Made by a program: the position numbers and the translations under genes
Assembly: GCA_951406725.2 (NCBI GenBank)
Contig: OX597823.1
Coordinates: 67,084,001 to 67,148,000 of the forward strand
DNA length: 64,000 bases
Source of the DNA: Octopus vulgaris
Taxonomy: Eukaryota
Direction of reading: 5' to 3'
Notes under the pieces: model-generated
Told to the model about the DNA's origin: nothing
Seen by the model: the letters and a program-made list of their open reading frames with translations, nothing else
Databases searched by the model: none
Shown here: positions 14,127-25,335 of the stretch, piece by piece
Layout of the letters: each line of letters opens with the position of its first letter
How positions within the stretch are numbered: position 1 is the first letter of the stretch

Positions 14127-14164
14127 GTAAGTATGCATCGTAACTTTTAATTCTGCGTAATATA

Positions 14165-15453
14165 CGGGGGTGGGCTGAAAAGTTCATAGGCTGACAATGG
14201 AGGAATTATACTAGAGCTATGAAATATTGCATGCATTAATTTCAGATGTTCTTATAAAAATCTGAACTTGTTTTTCCAAGTAAACAGAAGGCATATTTTT
14301 CAAGGAAGACTTCAAAATTAGCTAGTACGGATTTTTCTTGAAAATCGCCAACATTTGCCATCGTTGTTTTATCAAATAATGCAGAAAAAGGGTTTAACCC
14401 CTAATGACATTCATGCTGACATGGTTACTAGATTATGAGATGACACTCCAGATTTATCAACGAGGCAAAAGTAGGCAGCGAATTTCGAGGGGAAGAGAGG
14501 ATCTTGAAGATGACCAAGGGTCTGCACGTTCTGAAGCCACCACCACCGAGGAAAACATTGATTGTGTTCACCAAATGGTGACGGATGACAGGCAACTCAC
14601 GACAAATCAAATAGTCTAAATTATCGGCATATGTAGTGAGATAGTTGAAAATATTCTGCACAATGAACTTGGAATGATGAAGGTTTCTGCTTGGTGGTTG
14701 CCACGTCGTCTGACACCTGGTCAAAAGCGCACTAGGCTGAATAGAATCATGGGAAAATCTGACAGGTTGAGGTAGAACCATCTGATTTCCTTGAATGTTT
14801 CCTAACTCAGGATTAATGTTTTGCTCATCACTCAGGGACAGAGACAAAGTGACAATCTAAACCGTGCAAACACCCCTACTCACCTGGTCCAAAGAGGACC
14901 ATAGTCGCTTCATGCGCAGGAAAGATGGTGGCCTCAGTTTGGAGGATGTAAAAGTATTGTGCTTATTGACGTTCTTCAAATGAGCCAGAGTATTAATAGA
15001 GAGTACGATGCGAACTTACTCAGGCAGTTACAAAAGTCTATCAAGACCAAGCCCGAGGAAATCTAACAGAAGATATCTTGTCTTTTATTCAACAGTACAA
15101 CGCTCCAGTACACAACTCCTTGGTTTTAATGGCTACTTTGCCTGAGTATGACTTTGAACTGGTTGATCATTATTCCTATTCCCTTGATTTGGTCTCATCT
15201 GACTATCATGTTTCCTAGTATGAAGCGACACTTGGCTGGTGGCTATTATCGAAGTGACGATGATGTCATAACCGCTGTTGATGACTTTTCTGACTAACAG
15301 AATGAAAGCTTCTTCACCATTGGAATCCAAGCGCAGCAACACCGTTGTAGGAGTTGTGCGGACTGCAAGGAGAGATATGTGTTTAAAAATAAACCTCATC
15401 TGGTGACATTCTTTGTGTCTTGATCACCCTATAAACTTTTCAGTTATCCCTCG
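14165..15453 (+). mobile_element. Full-length defective mariner (Tc1/mariner) DNA transposon, ~1.29 kb
   Basis: Imperfect ~30-bp TIRs (CGGGGGTGGGCTGAAAAGTTCATAGGCTGA / TCACCCTATAAACTTTTCAGTTATCCCTCG), TA on the left; internal transposase remnants. Confidence 0.92.
14340..15390 (+). pseudogene. Mariner transposase pseudogene
   Basis: IHADMVT, EDDQGSARSEATTTEENIDCVHQMVTDDRQLT, ILHNELGMMKVSAWWLPRRLT (WVPRLL motif), YSLDLVSSDY (YSPDLAPSD motif); many stops and frameshifts. Confidence 0.9.
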
Positions 15454-16349
15454 TGTGTGTATTCGTTTTCAATGGTGGAACTTGCAGTAGATAAAGCAAT
15501 AAATAATACAGTTTAAGCTTTGGATTAAAAAGCATTTCGGGTAAGAACAATTTTTTAAACCCAATATTTAGACGCTATCATTTATGGCATTATCTACTTC
15601 GAGTTTCACCGTTAATATTGAATTATTTCACGTCTCTTGAACTTTCTAAACTCTTTACATGTGTGTGTGTAAAAGTAGTAGAGACACCTGAGTTAAAAGG
15701 GTACTGGGCGGAATAAGTTTTCAATATTTAGGCCCAATTTCCTTAGTTCGAACTTCAAACATTTGATTGATCTACGCTTTATATCAAATTGCTTGGATGT
15801 CGATAAAAATAATTTCCCTTATCATATAAAGATCAATGAAATTTACTATACAACAGCCGCAAGAATATATGCTGTTGTGCATACCAAGAGAAAAACTAAT
15901 TATATAGTTTCTTTCATTCTTACAGAAATTCACATAGAAAACACTTCCGTACAGATATATAATTGTCGTTAAATGGAAAAAAGCGGTGTTTTAGAAAAGT
16001 TTTTGATGTTCTGTTAAGTGCTTCACTGTACAATTAACGTACCACCCCAAAAATTCAACACATAATTTTTCATTTTCCTAACTATGTTCATAGGTGTTGT
16101 TCGGAAATGCTTAATACTATTTCGTCAGAACAACGTCTTACATTTTTGACGATGATGTGTGCATTATTAATGCAATCGAACCATAAATATCATTTGTGTT
16201 TAACTTGTCGATCCCTAGAGTTGGAGAAGACAAAATAAGGTTTGTTTTTATGACATTATTGGTTATATTTCGTTTTATGAAGATTTTGCCCCTCAATCTG
16301 TAATGTTATAAATTTATTCAAATAATGTAGGGAAGCAACCAAAACTTTT

Positions 16350-16950
16350 GAAGCTTAGTCCTTTCCCCTACAGAATATAAAACCAGGCATGGTCGAGTTT
16401 GCCATTACTTGCACTGGAGTGTATGTTGTCACTATGATATCCTGAACCCTTAAAACTGGTATGAACACCATCAAGAGCCAGTCACTTGGGAAGATAATTT
16501 TACCATTCTATGGGATTATGGGATAGGCAAAGATAAAAAAATAAACCAGACATCGTCATTAAAGACCTAAGACAAAAACATGCCTGTTAAATGATATGAC
16601 AGTGCATTCTGATAGTAACATCTCAGCAAAGGAATTTGAAAAACTGCCGAAATATAAGGACCCTGACATGGAGATATTTAGGAAATGGCAATTAAAAACC
16701 AAAACCGTTCCCTGGTGTTGTGGATGCCCTAGGAAGGATCAAGAAAAGTAGTAACAATTTTCTTTACTTTATCACTGGAAAACAAGCAGTCTGTTAGACT
16801 CAAAGAATTGTGTTGATATCAATCACCCGCGTTTTGAGGAAATTTCTCTCCATCTAATATATACATGTCTTAGGTCTCTGGTTCAGACACAGCCGAAAGA
16901 TGAAATAAAATGCAAATCAATCAGAAAATAATAATGATAGTAATAATAAT
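16350..16950 (+). mobile_element. 3' fragment of an R4/Dong-like non-LTR retrotransposon (REL endonuclease) ending in (TAA)n
   Basis: EYKTRHGRVCHYLHW, WYEH, ILWDY, KPDIVIKD, DMTVHSDSNISAKEFEKLPKYKD, VVDALG, VLRKFLSI*; short UTR then TAA repeats at ~16929. Confidence 0.85.
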
Positions 16951-19900
16951 AACAGACAGAGAGACAGATAGATAGATCCGGTAGTAACAAACTTCTTATA
17001 AACAATTTTAGTAGTTTATCACAATAGTAGGAGGCAACAGCTTCGCCCAGTACTACTATATATATTTATATTTCCTTCTATATTAATACTCTGTTTTCTC
17101 GCTTATAATATACATATGTGTATTGGCGTGTGTTTGTACGTGCGTGTGTGTGTGTCTTCACATTCTATGATATAAGCAGAGATTTTATGTGAATAACAAA
17201 GAATAGTTACGCACTTATTAACGCATATATTTATATATATCTATTTGCTAACATACATTCACACACGCTTGCATTATATATATATATATATATATACCGT
17301 ATAAGTGTTCATATATTCACTTACAACATATATATAAATTTGCATATCATATGAGGGGGTATGCACACATATACAAGAACGTGTGTATGCGTATGAAATC
17401 ACTATGTATTATTTGGGAATTCATATTGATTAATATGTGTATCAGACGGACAATAAATTTATTTAAAGTGTTTTTTCCGTTATTTTCGGTTCGTTCGCCT
17501 TCTTTTCTCAATACCTCATTCATGTTCATAGTGTGGTTACCGTGAATACTAAATGATCTTGCTGAGAGGACGCATTGAAAATATACACTTTATTCAGACA
17601 TGTCTATTTGCAATATATTGCTTAAATAAACTTTGCTACCAACCCCATTTGGTAATGGAGAAAAGGGAAGACAAAGGGGAAGACACCGAGGAAAAGAAAG
17701 TGAGCGGATGCGGGAGAGAAAAGTAGAGTCACAGATAGAAGAGTAGAAGAAAAGGAAGGAAGAAACAAGAAAATACTTTTTTCTATATTTTGCTATATGC
17801 AAATGTAAGAATTTTTTTGTTAATATTGTAGGCATCTCTCTTTTTATCGTTTTAGGTTTCTTCACCTTTGCTATTTTATTATTCAGACCAATAATACCGC
17901 AATCGACAACTCTTTATTTATAAAACAATATCATTTAATGGGCGAATACATATATATGATTGCCATTATTTACGAAAGGAATGCGACTGGTGAAATCAAT
18001 AACGTGTCTGAATATCACTCGAAATATCGATATTTCTTGTATAGATACTAATATTAATGCCCTTTCTATAGTGACGAGATATTAACTATCATTGTATGAG
18101 TTCAAAAAGTCGTGACCGAACCAGTGGATAATTTTCTATGGAGTCACACATCTGCTAGTGATAGGAACCACAGCTCATTCAAATCACTCATTACAAGTAT
18201 AATCGAAAGAAGGATGCATAACACAATGAGAAGTTTTAATGTGATCGTATCACTAAATAAAAGAGTTAATGAATGAAAATATTTTCATTTTTAGTTGCTC
18301 GATAATTACATATTCAAACTAAACTTTGTCCGGTTACATCGAATACAGACCTCAAACAAGGTGACTGAGTCAGGAGTTTTAATACATAATCCGACAAAAT
18401 AGATATTGTTTCAAGAAAGTATCCGACTCACTGGAGATAAAATGGGAAAGAAAGGAAAATAGATAGATATATTAGTGCGTGTTTGTGTATGTATCTGTAG
18501 TATTTATATGAGCATGGAGCACACAGTTAAGCTTACCACCAAAAGGAATAAATAAATGTTCATACTTACTATCTTCCATCAACAACCAACTGAATTCTAT
18601 TCGCAAAATTTTGGTGTACCTGAGTTAGAAGACACATGCTCAGGTTTCCATGCAGTGGAATCGAACTATAAACAACCTTGCTGCAAATCGAACTTAATTA
18701 TCGCACAAACATTCCTACTCCCTTAAATCCATTGTATTTCAATTACATAAAAAGATTCTTACTCATTGTCACAAGGTCAAGCACACTTGCTACCTAGTAA
18801 TTGGTTCTCGAGGACGCAAATGCCTGCTTGGTAATTATTTATTAAGATCAGGTGTACGATATACATAGCAGGTTGATTTATCAACAGTGAAATTGATTAA
18901 GTCAAGACTTATGAAAATTAAATATAGTGTTTTAGAAAATAATACACCAATGCATGTGATACGTTATCTCAAACGCGTCGGTCACTCTGTTACATTTAAT
19001 GGTTATTTTTTCCGAAATTGGTGGATTTTAACAATTTTCAATACATTTAAACTGTTTTCACGTCTGTAGATGTAACTCCGATAAAAATGATATCTACATT
19101 AATCATATGATAATAATATATCTATGAAAATGAATATCTATATTTATTATCTGGGTAATGTATAAAAAAACAAATTACTTCTAGATTTTTCATTCTCCAG
19201 TACTGAAATCAATAGACATCACATTTATCTCTAAGATATGATAATAATATTCTTTGAATATAAATCATTCGGTAATACAATATGTTGATGCTGTACAAAT
19301 TTATTAATAACCATCGTGTTCGAAAAGGGAACAGTTCTGCGTTGTTCAGAGAGTACTTCGATTTCAATTCTCGGTTGAATATTTTGTATGCTTTTAATAT
19401 TCTTGGGAACATTATGAAAGACATTTTATACTACTTATTTCTTTGGCAAAAATATAAGTAAAACATAACTGATTCATTTAAAGATGTTTTATAATCTACA
19501 CAAATATATTTCCCTAAGCCAACTGATTTCTCAAGGATTTCCAATGACATTATAGGTATAGAGTAATATATCTGTTCAGTTAGGGATGGACTTTCTTAAA
19601 GATTACTTGTTCTAATGCAACCGCCTATAAATTTTAAACGCTTTGGAGAAATAACGCAGAAATGTCATCTTCATGACAACGTAATTAAGTTGGTTTTAAA
19701 TATTTAGGACATGATGCATTCAAATGCTGACTAAAAGTTAACCATGGGGAAAAGGAACAAAAAATAACAGTCAATTACTAAAATCATTTTATTTATTTCT
19801 GGAAGAACGTGAGACAACAGCCTGCACGATTTGTTTTTAGTATGACCTGATTACCGAAGAAGATTTTTAGCGCACTTGTCGGCGTAGTTAGTATTGAATC

Positions 19901-21132
19901 CCTAAGTAACTACGTTTTACAACCAATGTACCTTGCACAACACAGTCACTTAAGAATTCCCTCCTCGTTACACCCATACTTCAGTAATCAGGTTATACAA
20001 AAACCAAAATGTGTCAGCTATTGTTTCACGTGATTTTGGAAATAAGTAAAATAATATTAGTAATTAAGTAACTTCTAGTTATCTTTTGAATACTCTGTGT
20101 TATAAATATATGAACGCTAACCTCATTATTTTGACTTGAAAATTACTTTCGGAGTTATTAAGTCTCTAAAGCGTTTTAAATTTATAATTAATCTGCTTAG
20201 AACACATAATTCTAGTTCAACTAATTGTCTTTAGCCTATACCCCTAATACCATGAAAAATCTATGATATAATACCTTTGAGAATACTGGACTTCCTCAGC
20301 GAATTATGAACATCATTTTACTTACCGAAATATTGTGGAGATAATCACTAAAGTAACTGAAATCTTCGAACTTATAAAAATTGAAATTCTCAGAGAAAAA
20401 GTTTGGTTATTCTATTGTTTAAAATAGGTCAGTTCTGATCAAGCAGCTCTGATTGAAAGATTAAAAACAACATACCAAAAGATCATATTCGCTTATTTTT
20501 TTAAATATTTTTATCTAAAGCTACATGGTCCCAGGTGTCTTCTATTTCTAATAAAGCCCTCTTTTTTTTAATATTCATTTAATCCACCTGTGATGCTGAA
20601 TTTTACAATGGACAGCAAAGTTTATTGAATCCTACCAAACAAAAAATCAACTCACTGTTACTTAGGCGAAGGGAAAAAATGGATATTTAAATTCTATTTT
20701 AACAGGTCTTTAGTCGTCACATAATGTCACCTTTTGTTGCAAGACACACACACACACACACGTATATATATATATATATACACACACACACTGTCAAGTG
20801 ACAATTTATGTATTCTATTAAATTGTAGAGTCTACAAAAAAGACTCGACCGCGATGCAGAATCAGTCCTAGAGATGAAAGTGCATGCAGTATATTTCTTA
20901 TTATACTCGTTTGGGTGTTGTAATTTGGCCTCCTTTATCATTTATCGAGTACTTCATTTTAACTGTGCATATTCCAAACTCTCATATACTATAGCCTAAT
21001 ATATATATATATATATATATATGTGTATATGTAAAAAAATACAAACTGGGACAAGAACGCAAAACATTTAGAAGACGATACAAAAAACACGGACGGGACA
21101 TTCGAAGCCTTCAATCTTCAGTCAAGAACCGG

Positions 21133-21220
<88 letters not shown>

Positions 21221-21430
21221 GAAATAGAAAGATGAATAATCTTGTTGCAGATTAATCAAAAGTTTAACCGATACCTTGGTAGCAAAAATCACAGCAGAAG
21301 ACAGCACGGTTGGAGGTACAACCATATGGTGTTGCAACAGTGCGTTGGTGCGGATAATTGAATTTTAATATTATTAGTGAATTGAAGAAATGGAGTTGAA
21401 CGAAGATTGAACAGAAATCGTTTTATTGCA

Positions 21431-21510
21431 TTCTACACGTGTTTCGAAAGGCACAATTTACCAAATTCCGATTGAATAAGGAGACCATATTGTGTCTTTC
21501 TCTTCAGGAA
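21431..21510 (-). ncRNA. Minimal type I hammerhead ribozyme in the inverted pLTR
   Basis: Minus strand UUC-CUGAAGA-GAAAGACACAAU...AUUGUGCCUUUC-GAAA-C ACGU G-UA^GAA: 11/12-bp stem II, palindromic short stem III, GUA cleavage triplet, followed by AAUAAA. Confidence 0.88.
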
Positions 21511-21790
21511 GAAATAGGAAATCCGTTGGAAAAAACAAAAAACAGAACAGAGGCGGAGCAAAACAAATCGAACGAGGCTCCTAAGAGCCCATGGCCAAAC
21601 TGTTTATCAATGTATGTTGAAAACTGGTGGTGGGTGCGTTGAAGGTTTTAACGGGTCAGGCAGCGGTCATTCCAGTGGGTGGGAGCACGGGGTGCTTAGA
21701 TGTTCTTTGTGACCGAGACTAAAGTTCTGACTATTTAAAGAATATTAGGTGTATTATTTCCTTACATTATTTCCTTACATTATTTCCTTT

Positions 21791-23884
21791 AAGGAAATAA
21801 TGTTGAAACACGGAATTCAAATGAGAACGCAGCCGCTTAGCCCTAAGCAACCTAGATTCATAGTGAAGGACCATAAACCGAACTTCCACACCAACCCAGC
21901 GCTAAGACTCATATGCCCTGCTAGCTCTGATATCGGGATAATCAGTAAGTACATTTTAGATAAATATATCCCTAGTTTAGTAAACAAACTGAAGCTCAGC
22001 CTCTGGGCCAACTCCTCGCAGGTAGTGAAGTGGTTCTCCTCCATCCCCAATAAGAACCGTACTAGGTTCATCCAGTTCGATATCGCCAGCTTCTACCCCT
22101 CGATTAACCCTAGTGTACTAAATAAGGCCCTTTGGCATGCTCACAACAAGGCTGGCCTCACCAGAGAAGAAATAGATATCATTTTAGTTGCCACGAAATC
22201 GTTTATTAAGTTTGATAATAAGTTGTGGATCCGTAAAGATACTCCCAATGAATTTGATGTGCCTATGGGTAGTTCGGATAGTGCGCAGATAGCCGATTTG
22301 GTCGGTATATATATTCTCTACGAATTGTCCGACCAATTCCCAGAGATCGCGGGCGGCCTGTATCGTGACGATTGTCTGTTTTACCTGCAAAACACCACGA
22401 ACAGAATAGTGCAGAAAACTAAGAGCAGGTTAACTAGGTTTTTTAATAGAATGGGCATGAATATAGTTTTTGATAATGAACTCACCAAGGCAAATTTCCT
22501 AGACGTTACACTTAACCTTAATAGCGACTCATACTGCCCTTACCATAAGCCTTCCACTAATTTGAAGTATGTCAGTGTCTTCTCCAATCATGCCAAAACC
22601 GTAACAGACAATTTGGTTAAAAACATCTCTCTAAGATTGTCTGGCTTGTCCGCTAGTGCCGATATTTTTATGCAGAAAGCGGAATTTTATAACGCCGCAC
22701 TATCCAAGGCCGGTTATAGGCAGAAGGTAATTTATATTGATCCGGCCCTTCCGATGACATCATTCGGTCATCAGGATAGGGCCGTCTATAATAACATTCA
22801 TAATTTAAGTAGTGACGGGAGCGCGGCGGGTGCTGGGGCAGTCGCTCCCGCATTTAATTTAGCGAACAAGGATAATTATCGGTCCGGGGGATCTCACACT
22901 AACCCAAAACCCGTTATTCATCCGAGAATCACCCACCCGAATGCGAGAGCTGGCGTCCCGACCCATCACATAAATAGGAACAAGCATATATGGTTTGTAA
23001 TTCCCTTTGGTAAGCAGATTAGAACTAACCTCCCCCTCATGTTTCGACAAGCCATCGCCAATAACTTCCCCAGAAATTCCAAATATTACTCCACGGTCAA
23101 TTCGCATAAAGTTAGGATCGCTTTCTCCAACACTAAAAACCTCGCCCAGATAGTCGCCTCCCATAATAATAGGATGCTTACTAAGACCCTACCACCTTTT
23201 TCCGGAGGCACAGCTTCTTCCGCTCCCGGTTTAACGCTCAGTAGGAATAATAATAGTAGTAATAATGATATGAGAGCCAGTACAGTGACTCATAATCTCA
23301 GCTCCAACCAGGGATTATATACTAGGGGTATAGTTATAAATAAGGGTGATGTCATTGACGGTAACGATGGCAGTAGTGGGGTGAGCGCAGCTCGGCTCGC
23401 TAGGGTAGAGAGTCCCAATAGCAACTCCAGCATCGTTTCCGGCAATAGCAGCACCACGGGCACTAGCAATGACAGCACTCTGAGTGATAGTGTAGAATCA
23501 GGGGTTATTCCGTTAGTTAATAGTGACGTAGTGGAAAATAAAGTAGTAAGCGGCTGCAGTTCTCGCAACAAATATAGTAACAGTAACGCAGTTCTAATTT
23601 CAGAAACTAATCCTAATAGAATAAGGTTCACGTCGGTGAACTCCAAGATCAGAAACGCCGTCTACCAATGTAAGGTTTACACGGACTCAGATGTCTACTC
23701 TTATGTCGGGGCCTCATCGTCAAGATTGTCCTCACGAATCTCCAACCATTACGCAACTTTTCGAGACGTGAATAAATGCCAGACCACGGGACTTAGCAAG
23801 CTAATATGGCGATTGAAGAATACGAACTTTAGTCTCGGTCACAAAGAACATCTAAGCACCCCGTGCTCCCACCCACTGGAATGA
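21791..23884 (+). CDS. PLE reverse transcriptase + (truncated) GIY-YIG endonuclease; 5'-truncated but uninterrupted frame
   Basis: KDHK, RLICP, FIQFDIASFYPSI, FDVPMGSSDSAQIADLVG, GLYRDD, NFLDVTLNL, PYHKP, SNH; EN AVYQC...YVG...RISNH. The ORF-track start at 21749 lies in junction sequence. Confidence 0.9.
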   Translation, partial: KEIMLKHGIQMRTQPLSPKQPRFIVKDHKPNFHTNPALRLICPASSDIGIISKYILDKYIPSLVNKLKLSLWANSSQVVKWFSSIPNKNRTRFIQFDIASFYPSINPSVLNKALWHAHNKAGLTREEIDIILVATKSFIKFDNKLWIRKDTPNEFDVPMGSSDSAQIADLVGIYILYELSDQFPEIAGGLYRDDCLFYLQNTTNRIVQKTKSRLTRFFNRMGMNIVFDNELTKANFLDVTLNLNSDSYCPYHKPSTNLKYVSVFSNHAKTVTDNLVKNISLRLSGLSASADIFMQKAEFYNAALSKAGYRQKVIYIDPALPMTSFGHQDRAVYNNIHNLSSDGSAAGAGAVAPAFNLANKDNYRSGGSHTNPKPVIHPRITHPNARAGVPTHHINRNKHIWFVIPFGKQIRTNLPLMFRQAIANNFPRNSKYYSTVNSHKVRIAFSNTKNLAQIVASHNNRMLTKTLPPFSGGTASSAPGLTLSRNNNSSNNDMRASTVTHNLSSNQGLYTRGIVINKGDVIDGNDGSSGVSAARLARVESPNSNSSIVSGNSSTTGTSNDSTLSDSVESGVIPLVNSDVVENKVVSGCSSRNKYSNSNAVLISETNPNRIRFTSVNSKIRNAVYQCKVYTDSDVYSYVGASSSRLSSRISNHYATFRDVNKCQTTGLSKLIWRLKNTNFSLGHKEHLSTPCSHPLE

Positions 23885-24550
23885 CCGCTGCCTGACCCGT
23901 TAAAACCTTCAACGCACCCACCACCAGTTTTCAACATACATTGATAAACAGTTTGGCCATGGGCTCTTAGGAGCCTCGTTCGATTTGTTTTGCTCCGCCT
24001 CTGTTCTTCAATTCACTAATAATATTATATATATATATATATATATATACTCTTAAGACAGAAGAGTTTGATTCGAGAGAGATTTTATATTTTTGAACAA
24101 TCCCACCAAGAGATCCTTCTCCTTTACTTTCCTGATGTTTCAAAAGTTTTATATGGATACGGCCATCGTAAGGGGAAAGTGAAGATTTTAACGACATTTT
24201 TCGATACAGAGATGGTAAATTTTATTGTGAGAGAGATTGACAATTATTATAGATTTTGTACTTATTGAATGTGAAAATAAATATAAAGATTACACTTAAG
24301 GACATCTTTGGTATTTGCTCGTTTGGTGCATGCATTCATACAACCTCCTCTCGCTGTCTAAGGCTTAAATGACAATGGTATTTATTTGCCAGATTATTGA
24401 CATCCAGTGCAAACCAAAACCTAAGGTTTTAAACGTGTGAATAGAGTAACCAATTTTATGCAGATATTTTTTGCTATATTTGTGGAATAGCTATCAAATT
24501 TGGGGGAGTGTCAGTTACAATAAACTTGTAAGTGCACTTTCGAGATTTCT

Positions 24551-24730
24551 ATTTTTAATCGTCATACTAGTAGACGCAGTTTGGTCGAACATTTAACAAG
24601 TTTGCCTCGCAACCACGAGATTCCTGGTTCAATCCCATAGCGTTAGATTTTATATATTGCTTTGTACAACCTCGGGTCGCCTCATACACTATGGAGGGAA
24701 TTGGTAGATTGGAACTGAGCAGAAGCCTAT
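24551..24730 (+). mobile_element. Degenerate SINE family B (donor of duplication at 27541)
   Basis: GGTTCAATCCC, CCTCGGGTCG, GGTAGATTGGAACTGAGCAGAAGCC. Confidence 0.6.
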
Positions 24731-25119
24731 CGGACAGAATGGATTGAAACTGTAAATTAAAATGTACAGACTTTATCATATACTGTGCCATACTGATTGA
24801 TTCTATGTAAGGGTTACGTTAAAGGTACGAATGTCTTTGGAAAGATCAGCCAGTTACACGTTAATTAAAGGGCAGGTAAATCAGGTGATCGAAGATTTTG
24901 AATCCTCGTCGTCCAACAACAAAAATCTACCCCTGCCATACTAAGAGCTAATCTTATATTTCTCTGACCTATATTCAGATTATGTGAAAATATATTTCAC
25001 AGCGCAGAAGATGTATAATTGGAAAATAACGGTAGATTATCCTCAATAGTGTAGAAATAGCGTCTATAGATTTAAATATAAAATAAACTGTTTTAAAGAG
25101 TTTTATTACGCCGCAAGCT

Positions 25120-25335
25120 AAGGCGATGGTCTAGCAGAATCGTTACCGTGCCAGACAAGATGTTTAGTGTCATTTCTCCTGGATTTATGTTCTGAGACGA
25201 GAAACCACCAAGGCCGGCTTTGACTTTGATACTTTTCGGAGGATCTATAAAATAAATGACAATCGAGCATTAGGGTCATGTAATCGAGTAACCTCTCCCT
25301 AAAATGTCAAATCTTGCGTCTAAATTAGAAATTAT
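25120..25335 (+). mobile_element. Degenerate SINE family A
   Basis: AAGGCGATGGTCTAGCAGAATCGTTAC head and tail motifs. Confidence 0.65.

Larger units (their letters stand above)
21218..24027 (+). mobile_element. Penelope-like retroelement, 5'-truncated, with inverted upstream pseudo-LTR, inserted in (TA)n
   Basis: RT+GIY-YIG ORF; 21544-21727 is the reverse complement of 23824-24007 (184 bp) and 21366-21389 of 24004-24027; both ends run into (TA)n. Confidence 0.92.

Noticed and set aside
21390-21547. Deleted pLTR segment as a spliced intron
   Set aside because: It can start with GT, but no AG end exists in any register of the TTCT microhomology.
21749-21790. GTG start and N-terminus MYYFLTLFPYIISF of the 711-aa ORF
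   Set aside because: Derived from junction repeats; the element is 5'-truncated near 21791.
23882-24027. Selenocysteine read-through of the PLE TGA stop (as in some Naiad PLEs)
   Set aside because: No SECIS-like hairpin seen, another TGA follows ~20 codons later, and the endonuclease is C-terminal, unlike Naiad.
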